Shown: in pieces, positions 11,401-22,193 of the stretch
Layout of the letters: each line of letters starts with the position of its first letter
How positions within the stretch are numbered: the first letter of the stretch is position 1
Assembly (NCBI GenBank): GCA_907165135.1
Contig: OU015566.1
Coordinates: 5,518,001 to 5,582,000 of the forward strand
Origin: Oikopleura dioica
Lineage: Eukaryota; Animalia; Chordata
Length of the DNA: 64,000 bases
Direction of reading: 5' to 3'
Notes under the pieces: generated by a model
Database searches by the model: none
What the model saw: only the letters and a program-made list of their open reading frames with translations
Told to the model about the DNA's origin: nothing
Translations under genes and position numbers: made by a program

Positions 11401-13488
11401 TTAGCGCACTAATTTTAAACTGAGATATATAAATAACCTAAGCTATTCTATTTATTAACTGCTCTAGAAAGAACGAAAGGACAAGAGTTACCTTGAATGT
11501 GGAATATGTTTTTCCTGTCGGTGTTCATATCGTCCATCCTACTCGAGTCAAAAACAACCGAATAGGTGGTCCTGGACATGACACTGTCTGGATTGTACAG
11601 CACAATTTGCTTCTTCTTCGCGCTGAACTCGAGATAGCGATGGCTCCATTTGTAGCCGGCAGTTTTCAGCGCCATCGGTCCTTTTGAGAAGCCCTTTTCC
11701 AGTTGTAGAACATGGCCTTCGTATGCGTCCTCGTTTTCGTTCAGCCGAGTTGACGGATTTCTCACGTGGTTTTGTCTGTGCTTGTCCAGGTTTTCTTGTA
11801 TACTTTTGTGCTAAAGAAGAGGGAGTTAGTTAAGGATGGGGTCGGCATCGGGGCACGGGAGAAACCCCTGAGTCAGGGATCTTGAAAACCACGGCTTTCA
11901 ACTGTACCCTAACCTGGGTCAAGACTAAAAACTTACTCTAGCGCGTTGATTATTAGACAAATTCAGCGTTTGCTTGATTTTCTCGCTATTTTCCAAGTGG
12001 TGGCATTCGTAGCAAGATTTCGTGAATTGAAGCCAATCCTAGAAAGAAATAGAAAAGCGAAAAGATTAATAATTTGTTACGCCAGCGATTGAAGATAAAT
12101 TCTCCACGAGTTCGTATTTCTTTTCTTCTTCGATTGCCAAAAGCGTGTCCACGTATGCGAGCGCGTTTTCGTGATACTCCTTCCTCGACTTTTTCGTGTC
12201 TCGGATCGCCTGGTTTTGCTTTGACTCTGAAAGTTCAAGTTCAAGGCCAGAATTATGACTGTCAGACATGTTTTTGAACTCTCAAATACGATCGTATTTG
12301 ATGACATTAATGTGACACTGTCTCGTTAAGAAATGACAGCATAAATCATCATCAAACATTATTCATTTAAAAGAGTCAAGGTGACATTGAATGTATCTCG
12401 ATAAACGTTTCTCAAGATTTGAGAATCATCCTATGTAAACCTGAGTTAGGGTCCTGAAGAATCTTAATGAAAAGCCGCGTGGCGGCTTTCCAAAAACGTA
12501 GCCGGGAAGCGGCTACGCGAGAGTTTAAAAATAGTTTTGAGTGATTTAGTCAGTAATTTGCTTCGCAAAACCTGAATAAAGATCTTTCAGAACCTGACTC
12601 AGCTTTCCCACAAAGTCTACCGAGTCTTTTCCCCATTTCTCACCTTTGTGGCCTTCCCCAACTCCGGAATTGGAAGCCATGTTCTTGTAATATTTGTCTC
12701 TGTACTTCTTGTAAGCTCTTCGTTTCTCCGTGTACGCTTTTTCAATTCTATTTTCTCTGAATCTGTCGATCTTGCCCTTCCACTTGCTCATGCTCTCCAG
12801 CATAATCTCGAAGTTTACCATGTAAGTGGTGAACATTTCGGAAAAGTCGCCCAGCGAGTTTTTCATGAAGAGTTCGTCCTGGCTCAGCTGCGGGCCGATC
12901 GTCCCTATTTGGAAGCCATTCACCAAGTCGGCGTTGAGCGTTTTTTGGGCTTCGGCAAACGCTTGACCTTTCGTGATAAGGTCCTGAAAATGAAGTTCAA
13001 ACGGTCACTTTTTATTGATTCATTGGTTTTTACACCTTTTTGACAAGGCGTTCTTGGTGCTTTCAGAATACATGTTATGATCTTGGCTCAGAAACCTAAG
13101 CAAAAAACCTCTGACTCAGGTTTTCGAGCCCTGACCATAACATGTACCGGATTCTGAAAATACGAAAACGGTGTTTTCCAAGAAAAAATCACCATGGCGC
13201 CCGAAAAGCTGTTAAAAGTTTTATATTTTCGAAAAATGTCAAGAGTCGCGGAATTGACAATTGTCCAAATAATTGCACAAGACTCTTCTTGCGACTGTAA
13301 CTGACCTGTATATGTTTTGTTGTCTTTTTGATGGCGTCGCGCGTGCCCTCGATCGTCTCTTCATACTGCGCGATGGCTTGTCTGTATCTCGGCGGGTCGA
13401 GCCAGCACTCCGAAAATTCCAAGTCGAAGCTCTTTCCGCCGCCGGTTCTTGCTCTGTTCGGCTTTTTCTTGATCGACGAGCGATTCAT
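8408..13488 (-). CDS. ARHGAP26: GRAF/oligophrenin-family BAR-PH-RhoGAP-SH3 protein (middle exons approximate)
   Basis: LEFSECWLD (BAR start), YEGHVLQLEK..KWSHRY (PH), EGAYRTVAVQSKV with Arg finger and NKMSAQNISVCFGP (GAP), AKAKYACKADNPDELTF..GWY..GLVP (SH3). Symbol indicates family, not strict orthology. Confidence 0.9.
11862..11920. mobile_element. Relic of CCTGAGTCAGG-TIR MITE in a GRAF intron
   Basis: AAACCCCTGAGTCAGGG followed by TTGAAA-N8-TTTCAA hairpin. Confidence 0.5.
12437..12606. mobile_element. CCTGAGTCAGG-TIR MITE in GRAF intron 12227-12643
   Basis: AAACCTGAGTTAGGGTCCTGAAG ... TTCAGAACCTGACTCAGCTTT; central AAAGCCGC-GTG-GCGGCTTT hairpin. Confidence 0.65.
13061..13159. mobile_element. 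Small foldback in GRAF intron 1
   Basis: TTCAGAATACATGTTATG ... CATAACATGTACCGGATTCTGAA, inner CTGACTCAGGTTT. Confidence 0.55.
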
Positions 13489-14603
13489 TCCATGTTTCTG
13501 AAAAACAAAAAATCAAAATTCTGAAAATCTCTTCTTGAAATTTCAACCAATTGGTAAACTAAGCGCGCGTAGGCGTTGCGCAAAACCGAAAAAGTGTCAT
13601 TTATGATTTCTGTTGGGCTTTTTTACCGTCAAAGTGTCCATCTTGAAATTTCCTCTTTCTCAAATTCAAATCCAAAAATTGTCAAAAGAAAAATCGTCAG
13701 AAAAAAAACGGAACTCTTCTTTTTCAGTCGAACGAGCAAACGCGCAGAAACGCCTTTTCAAAGCTCTTTGTGTTAAATTTTTATTGCCCAAGAAAATTAT
13801 TGACAAGAACAAAAATAAAAACCGAGAATTGCTTTTTGTCGTTTTTTCGTTTTTTCACTCACTCTTTTTATTCTCTGAATCTGAGCTAGTCAAAGACAGA
13901 TAAATAAACTGCCTTTTTTGAATTAATTTAATTTACAATCATAGTTGGGAAAATGATGAAAGCCTCGTGCCGCCGTCTTTTAATCTGTCTCTGTTTGACA
14001 TTCCTGAAAAGACATATTTACTGGAACTTGACTTGAGTATTCTAGCTCACAAGTTCTCCCGAAAATTGACGTAAATTGTGCATCTAATCTCGACTTTTGA
14101 AGACAAGATCGTTAAGGGTATCAGCGGCTTTAATTTGAATTTTTCTACTGGAGCGCAAATGGAGAGGATACCCTTAAAATTGAGGCCGCGATTTTAATTT
14201 CTGATTTGTTAACATTCACTAAAATTCCCTGATAATCGAGATTCGGGGTCTGAAATTTAAGGGTATCTCTAATTTTTACTCTTTGGGAATTGCTTAACAT
14301 CAAAAATACTTTCTGTACTGAAATATCTCTTGATAACAAGATCCTCTCGAACTCTGATTGACAGCGCTAAATTCACGCGCTTGAGGATTTACAGTAGTCC
14401 TTTTCTAGCTCAAAAAAAATGGAAAACACGAATTTTTCCACAATAAATTTGTCGCAGCTCACTGTAATTGACAATTTAGTCAGACAGAAAAAGAAATAAA
14501 AAAACGTTATATTTGGTAAAGCATGAATCATCAATAATTTTCAGGAGGTAGAAAATGAATAATGGTTATTTATCTTTTCTCCGGAAGTAAAATTTCTCGA
14601 AGA

Positions 14604-14762
14604 AGTAGAGTTTTATTGCCAATGTTTAGCTTTCGGAGTTGGGCTCCATTATCAAAACACTAAGGATGATTTAGTACAGAATGCAGTTAAATAAAATCAT
14701 CCTTAGTGTTTTGATAATGGAGCCCAACTCCGAAAGCTAAACATTGGCAATAAAACTCTACT
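14604..14762. mobile_element. Perfect 69-bp-arm palindrome (21-nt loop), young foldback insertion
   Basis: 14604-14672 is the exact reverse complement of 14694-14762; AAATTTCTCGAAGAA repeated at 14590-14604 and 14789-14803. Confidence 0.85.
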
Positions 14763-16670
14763 ATATCGATACAAGATGTCAACAACAGAAATTTCTCGAA
14801 GAAATTTGAAATTTGGAAACTCGGAAGTCAAAATCGTTACCGATCATTACCGGAAGAATCGAGCATTTTTATGAATTCCAAATGTTCTCGATAAGAAGGT
14901 CAAGTTGCGTTCTCGACAAACAGAACTGAGAATCTACGGAAAAAACGACGTGTGGGACGAGTTCTCTCAGTGACGATTTCTATTCAAATTGGAACTTGGC
15001 AAATATTGATGCAGCAGTTGTTCTTTTTCAAAATGAAAAAATTGCTGGAATTATGTTAAGGCTCTCACCTCTCTAAAAATAACAGAAAATAAGGGAGTCA
15101 TTACACTATTTTCTGAAGAAAAAACAAGAGTCCACAAGATATAGAATTAATAAAAGGGATGCCCTTAAGGTCGAACCTTTAAGTTGACTCAAATTTTAAG
15201 GGTGTAGAGCGCGTTAAAACCTCAAATTTTCAATACTGAAAATAAGGTGAGATCTCAATTTTTTTCTTCAATAATTTTCGCTCGTTTTACCTTGATCATT
15301 CATAAAAAGCTTCTATTTTCTTCGTCAGAAAATCTCTTTTTCTTTTCTCAGAAAAATATTTATAAAAAAATTTGGTTTTTTCTTTGAAAAATAAAGTTGC
15401 GTCTAAATTATGCTTTTTTGGAGAGTAGAATCAAGTGATCTCGCTGTTTCTGGCTGTGTTTGCTCGAGTTGGAATGCAGAGCTATTTCGTCGGCCAGAGT
15501 TTTACGGCTTTTGCAAATATTTAAATTTCAAAGACAAAAATCAAAATTTAAATCGTGACGTCCATCTTGACCAACATGCGACGAACACGCGCGATTCTAC
15601 CGCAAATTCAAAGCCAATAAAGCAATTACAGTCACATTAAGGATGTCAACAACGATTCTGGTCATATTTGTAACAATAGTTAAAGTGACTTCCCTATTCA
15701 TATTTGAATTTTTTCTTTACTCATATTTAAGATTGAACCCTTATCTACAAAGTAAATTTGACGAAAATCTAAAATACTAATCAATTAATCCCCACCGCGG
15801 CTTCAAAGAACCTTTAAATCCATGAATTCGGTACACTTGTAACAATAGTTTAGGTATCTTCCCGAAATTCAATTTGGATAGTTTTTGCACAGAATGAAAG
15901 CTCAAACACTTTTCTACAAAGTAAATTTGAGGGATTTTCGAAACCTTTATTGCATGCATCTTTTTTCATGCATTGTTATAAGTAACGATTTTTTCAAAGT
16001 TTGAACTCGATTTTAGTACTGTTCCTGTGCATCGATTTGTTTCATTACCAGTAGTAAAATAGTTTGATCCTATGACAATATCCCGGAGTGCTCAGATTGT
16101 GCACTCAGTAATTCTTTAATCCCCTTTTCCGGCGCCAAAGTGCAGGTGTTTGCGACTTTTGGCGCCCTGTTTGAATGCGAAAAAATGGCTTGATCTTATC
16201 GCAATGGGTATCATTGAAAAGAAAATTTCACAAGCTTTCAGAAAATATATAGATTGCTATATAGAATGTAAGTTTTAAAAAAAGCATTTATCACAGTGCA
16301 TTTCTAGAGAACGTCAATGCGTCAGCGCGCCCATCGAATCGGTCATATCTCGAGATCTAGATGAGATATTGAAGATCTGAAAAAAGCTTTGGAATCAGCG
16401 TCTGATACGTAACAAATATAGGTTCGGTCAGCCAATCAGACATGACTTGAACTGGTCGTTGTTCACACCCTTAATGAACTGAATTCAAAGATTGAAAGAT
16501 CAATTCTCTTAGAAAACAGGCTGAAGATCGAATTTGGGCTGAAATTTTGGCCGACTTTTTTAGTGTATTTCATCTTTCTTTCTGTGAAAATAAAATAAGG
16601 GTGTCGCCATCTTATTTTTTTTTATTTCTCCGCTCGTTTTTTTCTCAAAATGACCTGTATTCAGCAAACT

Positions 16671-16863
16671 GTGTAGTAAACCTGAGTCAGGGTTTTTGAT
16701 AGCTTTACTGAAAAGCCCCGTAGTAGATTTTTTTAACAAAGCCGCAAAGCGGCTTCGATAAAAATGAAATTTCGGATTCGGCGAGGCGGTTTCGTTTAAA
16801 AATAAAGCCGCTACGCGGGTTAACAGTAAAGCTGTCAAAAACCCTGACTCAGGTTTTTTACAC
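16671..16863. mobile_element. Best-preserved CCTGAGTCAGG-TIR MITE
   Basis: 33-bp TIRs 16678-16710 and 16824-16856 (1 mismatch); central AAGCCGC-AAA-GCGGCTT. Confidence 0.8.
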
Positions 16864-17675
16864 AGGTTGTCGAGAGAAAGCCGAAATTTTGTTATCAACG
16901 AAAAAAACCGTCTTTCAGAAAATTTCAATTAGGCTGAAACTTTGTAACCGACAGCTTGTAATCAGAAAAATTGCTGTAGAAACGCCACCAGCCGCAAAGC
17001 TTATCGAAATCTATCAATCAGTCTGCGTGGCAGTTATTGACTCTATCAATCTGTTTCTACTTACTCTTTGGGATCCGCTAGAACTCGAGCTATGAAATCT
17101 GGCGATCGTTTCGTCGCTGTGGAAATCGTACGGATTGTACATTTTCAAATTTTACGACTTTCGATTTTTCTCCGATTTCGATTTCGTCTCTATTAGAAAA
17201 AGAAGATTGGCGATTTTCGATTTATTTCTGAAATGATCTGGGAAATTGGATTTGGAAAATTGGTAAATATTGATGATTAGGCAAGTGGATGTGTTGGCCC
17301 AGGGATAATTACTCTACGAGCACGGCTTGTTTTATGCAGAAACAGGAGAAGATGAATAAAGCAAGCTGATGATTTGATCAAGAAAGAAAAAAGAGGACAG
17401 CAATGAATGGATGCAAAAATACAATAATGATTTCTTGTAGAAATTCGCCCAAGACGAAGACAAAAATCTGCGGTAAAGCCGGAAATTCAGAAAAGATTTG
17501 AAAGAAAGTTATGCGGAGCCGCTCCGCGGATTCCTTTTTGAAAAAGCCGCTAGGCGGCTTATATTTTAGGTTTTTCAGGGTCTAACCAAGGATTTGAGGA
17601 AGAAGATTGTTCTCCGTCGATTCCGATTGCTGACCTTGTTTGTGCTGGTCATTTTTTTATTCTCAGACTAAGAAA

Positions 17676-18269
17676 GATGAATTTAAAAAACTTTTTGCAA
17701 GCTAAATTCTTAGGTGGTTAGATTTTCAGCTCTAAAGAAAGCCCGTAAAATTTGGAGTCGATTCAACCAATTCGTTTTCGAAATTTTCTAGAGAATGACG
17801 TCACAAATGACGTCAGAAAGTTCCAAAAAGCCGAAACTTTGAGTCTTATATTAACTGCGTTCCTGCTTTAATTTTTCTTTGTTCGATAGCTCAAATGAAA
17901 GCTTATTCAAAACTGTACTTAGGTTTTTACGGATTAGGAAAAAAAATTTGAAAAAGTTGGCTCTAGAATTTTCCGAAAAAAAAATTTCGAGGAAATGAAA
18001 ACTTATGAAAAACCTTAGTACAGTTTTTCATAAGAATCAATTTGAGCTATAGAACATGAGAAAACTCCGTCAAAAAAGTCGAAAAAAAGTGACTCAAAGT
18101 TTGCCCGAAATAGCCATTTTCGCTAACTTCTAGCGTAATTTATGACGTCATCCTCTGAGGATTTCGGTCTGAATCTAGTGCAGTCGACTCAGAATTTTAC
18201 GGGCTTTCTGCTGAATATAAAAACAGGCAAAGTCAGGATTTTGCCTGCAAAAAGTTTTTTAAATTCATC
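17676..18269. mobile_element. Degenerate ~590-bp foldback element
   Basis: GATGAATTTAAAAAACTTTTTGCA / TGCAAAAAGTTTTTTAAATTCATC ends; inner mirrored blocks (AAAGCCCGTAAAATT, TGACGTCA, TAGCTCAAAT, AAAACTGTACT). Confidence 0.75.
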
Positions 18270-19750
18270 AAAGATATTTCGAGGATTTCAATAATTTGGA
18301 AAAAATCAGGAAGATAAGAAACAAGACTGCATTTGAAGCTTTAGAGAGATTTGAAGTGGCGTGGCTTGTTTCGTATTTATCTTTCTTCGTTTTCCCGGCA
18401 TAAAGTCAAAAATCGCGTCACAATGAAAAACCTCGTCTCTGAGACGCAACGACCTTTGAAACTGAATAAAGAAATTCACAAAAAAATCGCTCAAAAAGAC
18501 CGCTTTTGAAAGGAAAAAATTCAAAAAGCGGAAATCTGGCAGTTTTAAAAGCAAAAAAAGCTGACTTTCTTAAAACTCTTCTGTCGGTGTCAATATTTTT
18601 ACGAGTCTTCAAGTCGTAAATCAAGAAAATTGATGATGATCATGCTAAATGAAGAACGGAAATCTTTACTAAAACCGACCATAAGTGGCAGATTTTGATT
18701 TTCGTTAAATATAACGAAAATTATTCTATTATTTTTGTTAAAAATTGGTATTTATATTCAAAAAACGCATAAAATGGATAAAAATTTGTTTCTTTTCAAA
18801 AATAAAAATCATAATTTATTTGATAAAAGAATCAAATTAGCAATTCAAATAAATAAAATAACAAAATTAATGAAAATCCTGATTTTATTATCCATTTGTG
18901 TCGAAAACCCGTCCAATCCACCCGAAAACAACCAAAAAGACGGGCAGAGTACTGAATGAGTCATTATTTGAGGAATTTCACTTTTCCGAAAAAAATACTC
19001 GGCGCTGATTGGCCAGCGCCGCGTCCTCACGAGATTTTTTCTTCGAATCATAAATCGGCTTTTACGCCGAATATTCTCGCTATATTTCCCGCTGATAAAT
19101 TTTTCAGAGATTTAGAAGAGATTTGAAGATACAGTGACTTTTACAACAAGACTAAGACAGTAAAAACAGTAAGAAACTGAGAGAAGTCGAAAATAGCGCC
19201 GAACAGTTGTGGTAGTGGGTGAGAGGCCCTGTAGTTCAGTAATTAACAGTGCCAGGGCGCTATCAACTCACTGCCTGACTGTAAGCGGGCTTAGTTTTTA
19301 TTCTGTAGCGAATTTTCTCTTTTGAAAACGAAAATTTAGAGCTCAAAAATCGAATAAAAAATAGTGGCGGCGCAGCGATGAGGCCGGCCTGGCTGGGCTG
19401 CGCAATGAGCTGCCTCTCTCTTTTCAATTGATCGATAGTAAACATTTCGTGTTTGGCTTCTAAGCGGCCAATAGGAAACAACCGCCACCCGACTCCAATA
19501 AATACAAGACTAGGATCGACCCACGTTTTGGCATTCCGGACCAGACCAGTCAACAATTGAACCACTTTTTTATTAATTTTGTTTAGCGTTATTTCGAGAG
19601 GAAAAAAACATTAGGAGAAACATTAGGAGAATATCCTTTTCTCACCTTTCCATAGAAATTTTGCTGAACACATGATTTAAAATTGTCACTTTTTCTAATT
19701 GAATCTGATTTTATATAACTCATGTTCCTTCTGGCGGAAAAATACTGCGG

Positions 19751-20004
19751 TTCTAAAATCTGGGAGTCCTTTTTCGCCGGAATTTTGGTCGTTACCTAAT
19801 GTTAAAATCGCAAAATTAAATCTAAAATTCGAGAAGCATCTTGCGGCTTCGAGCAAAGTAAGACAAAATAGCCGCGCCTTGGGCGGCTCAAGTTTTCTCT
19901 TACTCGAAGCTTCAGGCGGCTTCTCGAATTTTAGATGTAATTTTACGATTTTACCGTATTATAACGACCAGAATTTTAGCGAAAAGCACTCTCAGAGATT
20001 AGAA
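19751..20004. mobile_element. Degenerate foldback with central AGCCGC..GCGGCT hairpin
   Basis: ATCTAAAATTCGAGAAGC / GCTTCTCGAATTTTAGAT and TGGTCGTTA / TAACGACCA mirrored. Confidence 0.7.
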
Positions 20005-20151
20005 TCGCTGTGATAAGTTCTAAATCTATATTTTCGGTGCATAATTTGTTAAAATAAGTCGTGCAAATCGTTTCTCGAGCAAATAACATCTTTTCTGTAC
20101 TCCTCAAAATTGTTCTTTTTATCTTGTCCTAACAAATTCGTTAATTTCAGA

Positions 20152-20419
20152 GTTATTGCGAACGGATGAGGAGCTGATCATCCTCTTGAGAGCTTGGCAA
20201 CGAAAGAAGCTAGAACTTCTTTTCAAGGAGTCGAAAGACTGGAAAGGCGTCTTGCCAAGCAATAAGAGCTCACACTTCCTCGAAGATGTGCGCTGGAAGA
20301 ATTTTGAGCCGAAATGGAACGCGCTCGTTCGGGACGATAAACATCGTCCAAGTCAATGGAAGTTGCCGAGAAATCGGGAACTCGAGGAGAAAATAGCAGA
20401 AAAACTGCCTTTGTTATAA
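20152..20419 (+). CDS. Probable terminal coding exon of an unidentified gene (Trp/Lys-rich, ~88 aa)
   Basis: TTTCAG acceptor then open frame LLRTDEELIILLRAWQRKK...KLPLL*; upstream exons not found. Confidence 0.35.
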
Positions 20420-20543
20420 TTTCTGGAAACACTCCTACAGCATATCTTTCTACCGAAAAACGGTTGCGCTATCAATATTATTCCTATTCCACTGAAGCAT
20501 GTTTCAACTTGAAAGACTCCTTTATCACCTTCGGGTACCTGTG

Positions 20544-20677
20544 AAAAAACCTGAGTCAGGGTCTGAAAAGCCACGAAGCGGCTTCGTTTTCAAAAGCCGC
20601 TGCTTTCAGTTGAGACCTTCAGGACCAGTCTCAGGTTTTCTACTCAGGTCGCAGAGCTCAGACCCTGTCTCGATTTT
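20544..20677. mobile_element. CCTGAGTCAGG-TIR MITE relic
   Basis: AAAACCTGAGTCAGGGTCTGA ... TCAGACCCTGTCTC; AAGCCAC-GAA-GCGGCTT core. Confidence 0.6.
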
Positions 20678-21252
20678 GTTTTAACAAAAAACTCTTTTCA
20701 GAAAATGCGAATTTAAAAATCTGAGGTCCACAATTGCCAGGGATCGGCTCCTGGCGGACAAATGAAGACTCATCTGGAGCGCTGGTTACTCCATCGAATG
20801 AGAGGACGATAATTTTCGATGTCCTCACAATCAAGAATACTTCAACCTCGAGTGGTTGGAGGTCCTCAAACTTTCTTTTGTGAAAACACCTTCTTTCTGA
20901 AATGAAGCATGAATTTCATCACTTTCTCCACCATAATTGGTCCAAAATAAATTATTTAACTTTTAAAAAGACTTGTCAACTTCTTTTCTTAGCAAAAATA
21001 TGATTTTGTCATGAATTTCAAAGCGACTAGCTTCGTGGAAATAAACGAAAATTGGGCTTTTAATTGGTATCTTAGACTTTAACTTGCGATTCTGAAGTAG
21101 ATCCCGGTTCAGCAGCCTCTTATGCGAACCTGATTCAGGATAATCAGCGACTGGTTCCATCATTTTCGTCTCAAACTCTTACTTAGACTAATAGACTATT
21201 AGTAATAATTACTAATTAGTAATAGTCATGCATTCTTATTTCCAATTTTCAG

Positions 21253-21847
21253 ATGGGTTTTTTCCTTCCGTACCTCCAGGTCGCTCGTAGCGCCGGAAAA
21301 TCTACCTTCCCCGCTGCCGTCGCTGGTCAGGCTGCCTATGGCCTTCCTTTGGGTAAAAATATTCTTGAAGAAAAACGCTAAATCCCCTTCTACAGCCAAG
21401 TACCCAGTCCAGTGGGTGGCCCCTAAAGAAGAGCCTTCCATGTACCTCGCCGACTCGCTCTACCCCAAGCCAGGCTACCAGACGTCCAAAATGCTTATTC
21501 CTCGACAATTTGTAAGTTTTGTTTCTTTTTCTTGATCTGAAGAAAATTTCTAGCTCTCTTACCCAACCAACAACGGTACCTTCTACGGCAGCTGGCGATA
21601 TGCTGAGCTGCGAAAGAACCAGTGGCTCTGGTGGACGACTCTTACTGTCATCATGATCACGCTTATTCGGGCTGGCGAAGGCGGATCTTTGAACAAGTCC
21701 TGGCGAGGACACAACGACTCTTACTGGTAAAATCTCCCTTTTCATGAGAAAAACTAATGGCGATTTCTTTTCAGGTACGGAGAAAAACACGAACTTCTGC
21801 ATAAAATCGAAGAGCTTCAGCACAACCTCGGCCGAATGGCTCACTAA
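21253..21847 (+). CDS. Small single-pass membrane protein, 4 exons; weak resemblance to mitochondrial ATP synthase subunit f
   Basis: In-frame splicing through three GT-AG introns; hydrophobic WLWWTTLTVIMITLI; C-ending codon bias; YPVQW..PK and RQF..GTFYGSWRY loosely recall subunit f (identity uncertain). Confidence 0.7.
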
Positions 21848-22193
21848 AACCTATTACAAAGACGAAATCGCAATTTGGAATTAATTCCGAGTTAAAATGC
21901 ATCTGTTTCTTTCTTTTTACGTTTCCTGGAAGTTCACTGTTCAAATTTTTCAAAATCCAGACAATTAAATCTTCAACGAAAGAATGAGATTTTATGAAAA
22001 ACTGATTTTGCGACTAGCGATCTATTTTATATTGAGTTATTTTACGTTAATTTACGTTATTTTCGAGTTAATTTTCACAAGTCATCATTGAATAAATATT
22101 TTATTTTAGAAACAAACGAAAAAGTTCTGCTCAAAGAATAAATAAATAAGAGGGGTAAATGTAACGAATAGACCGAAATATGAAAAGTCGGAA

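Noticed and set aside
4879-13488. Four co-oriented minus-strand genes as an operon
   Set aside because: Stop-to-start gaps of ~200-430 bp and apparent individual promoter elements (TATA, CAP cassette) argue against it
14112-14270. 58-bp TTAA-GGGTATC..GATACCC-TTAA mini element
   Set aside because: TIR is only 7 bp and a third overlapping copy allows alternative pairings; boundaries are not supportable
15668-15945. Degenerate ~100-bp direct repeats ~169 bp apart
   Set aside because: Only two diverged copies; looks like an old local duplication, not an array
17360-17390. Hammerhead-like CTGATGA...GAAA
   Set aside because: Stem II is implausible (2-nt loop) and stems I and III are absent
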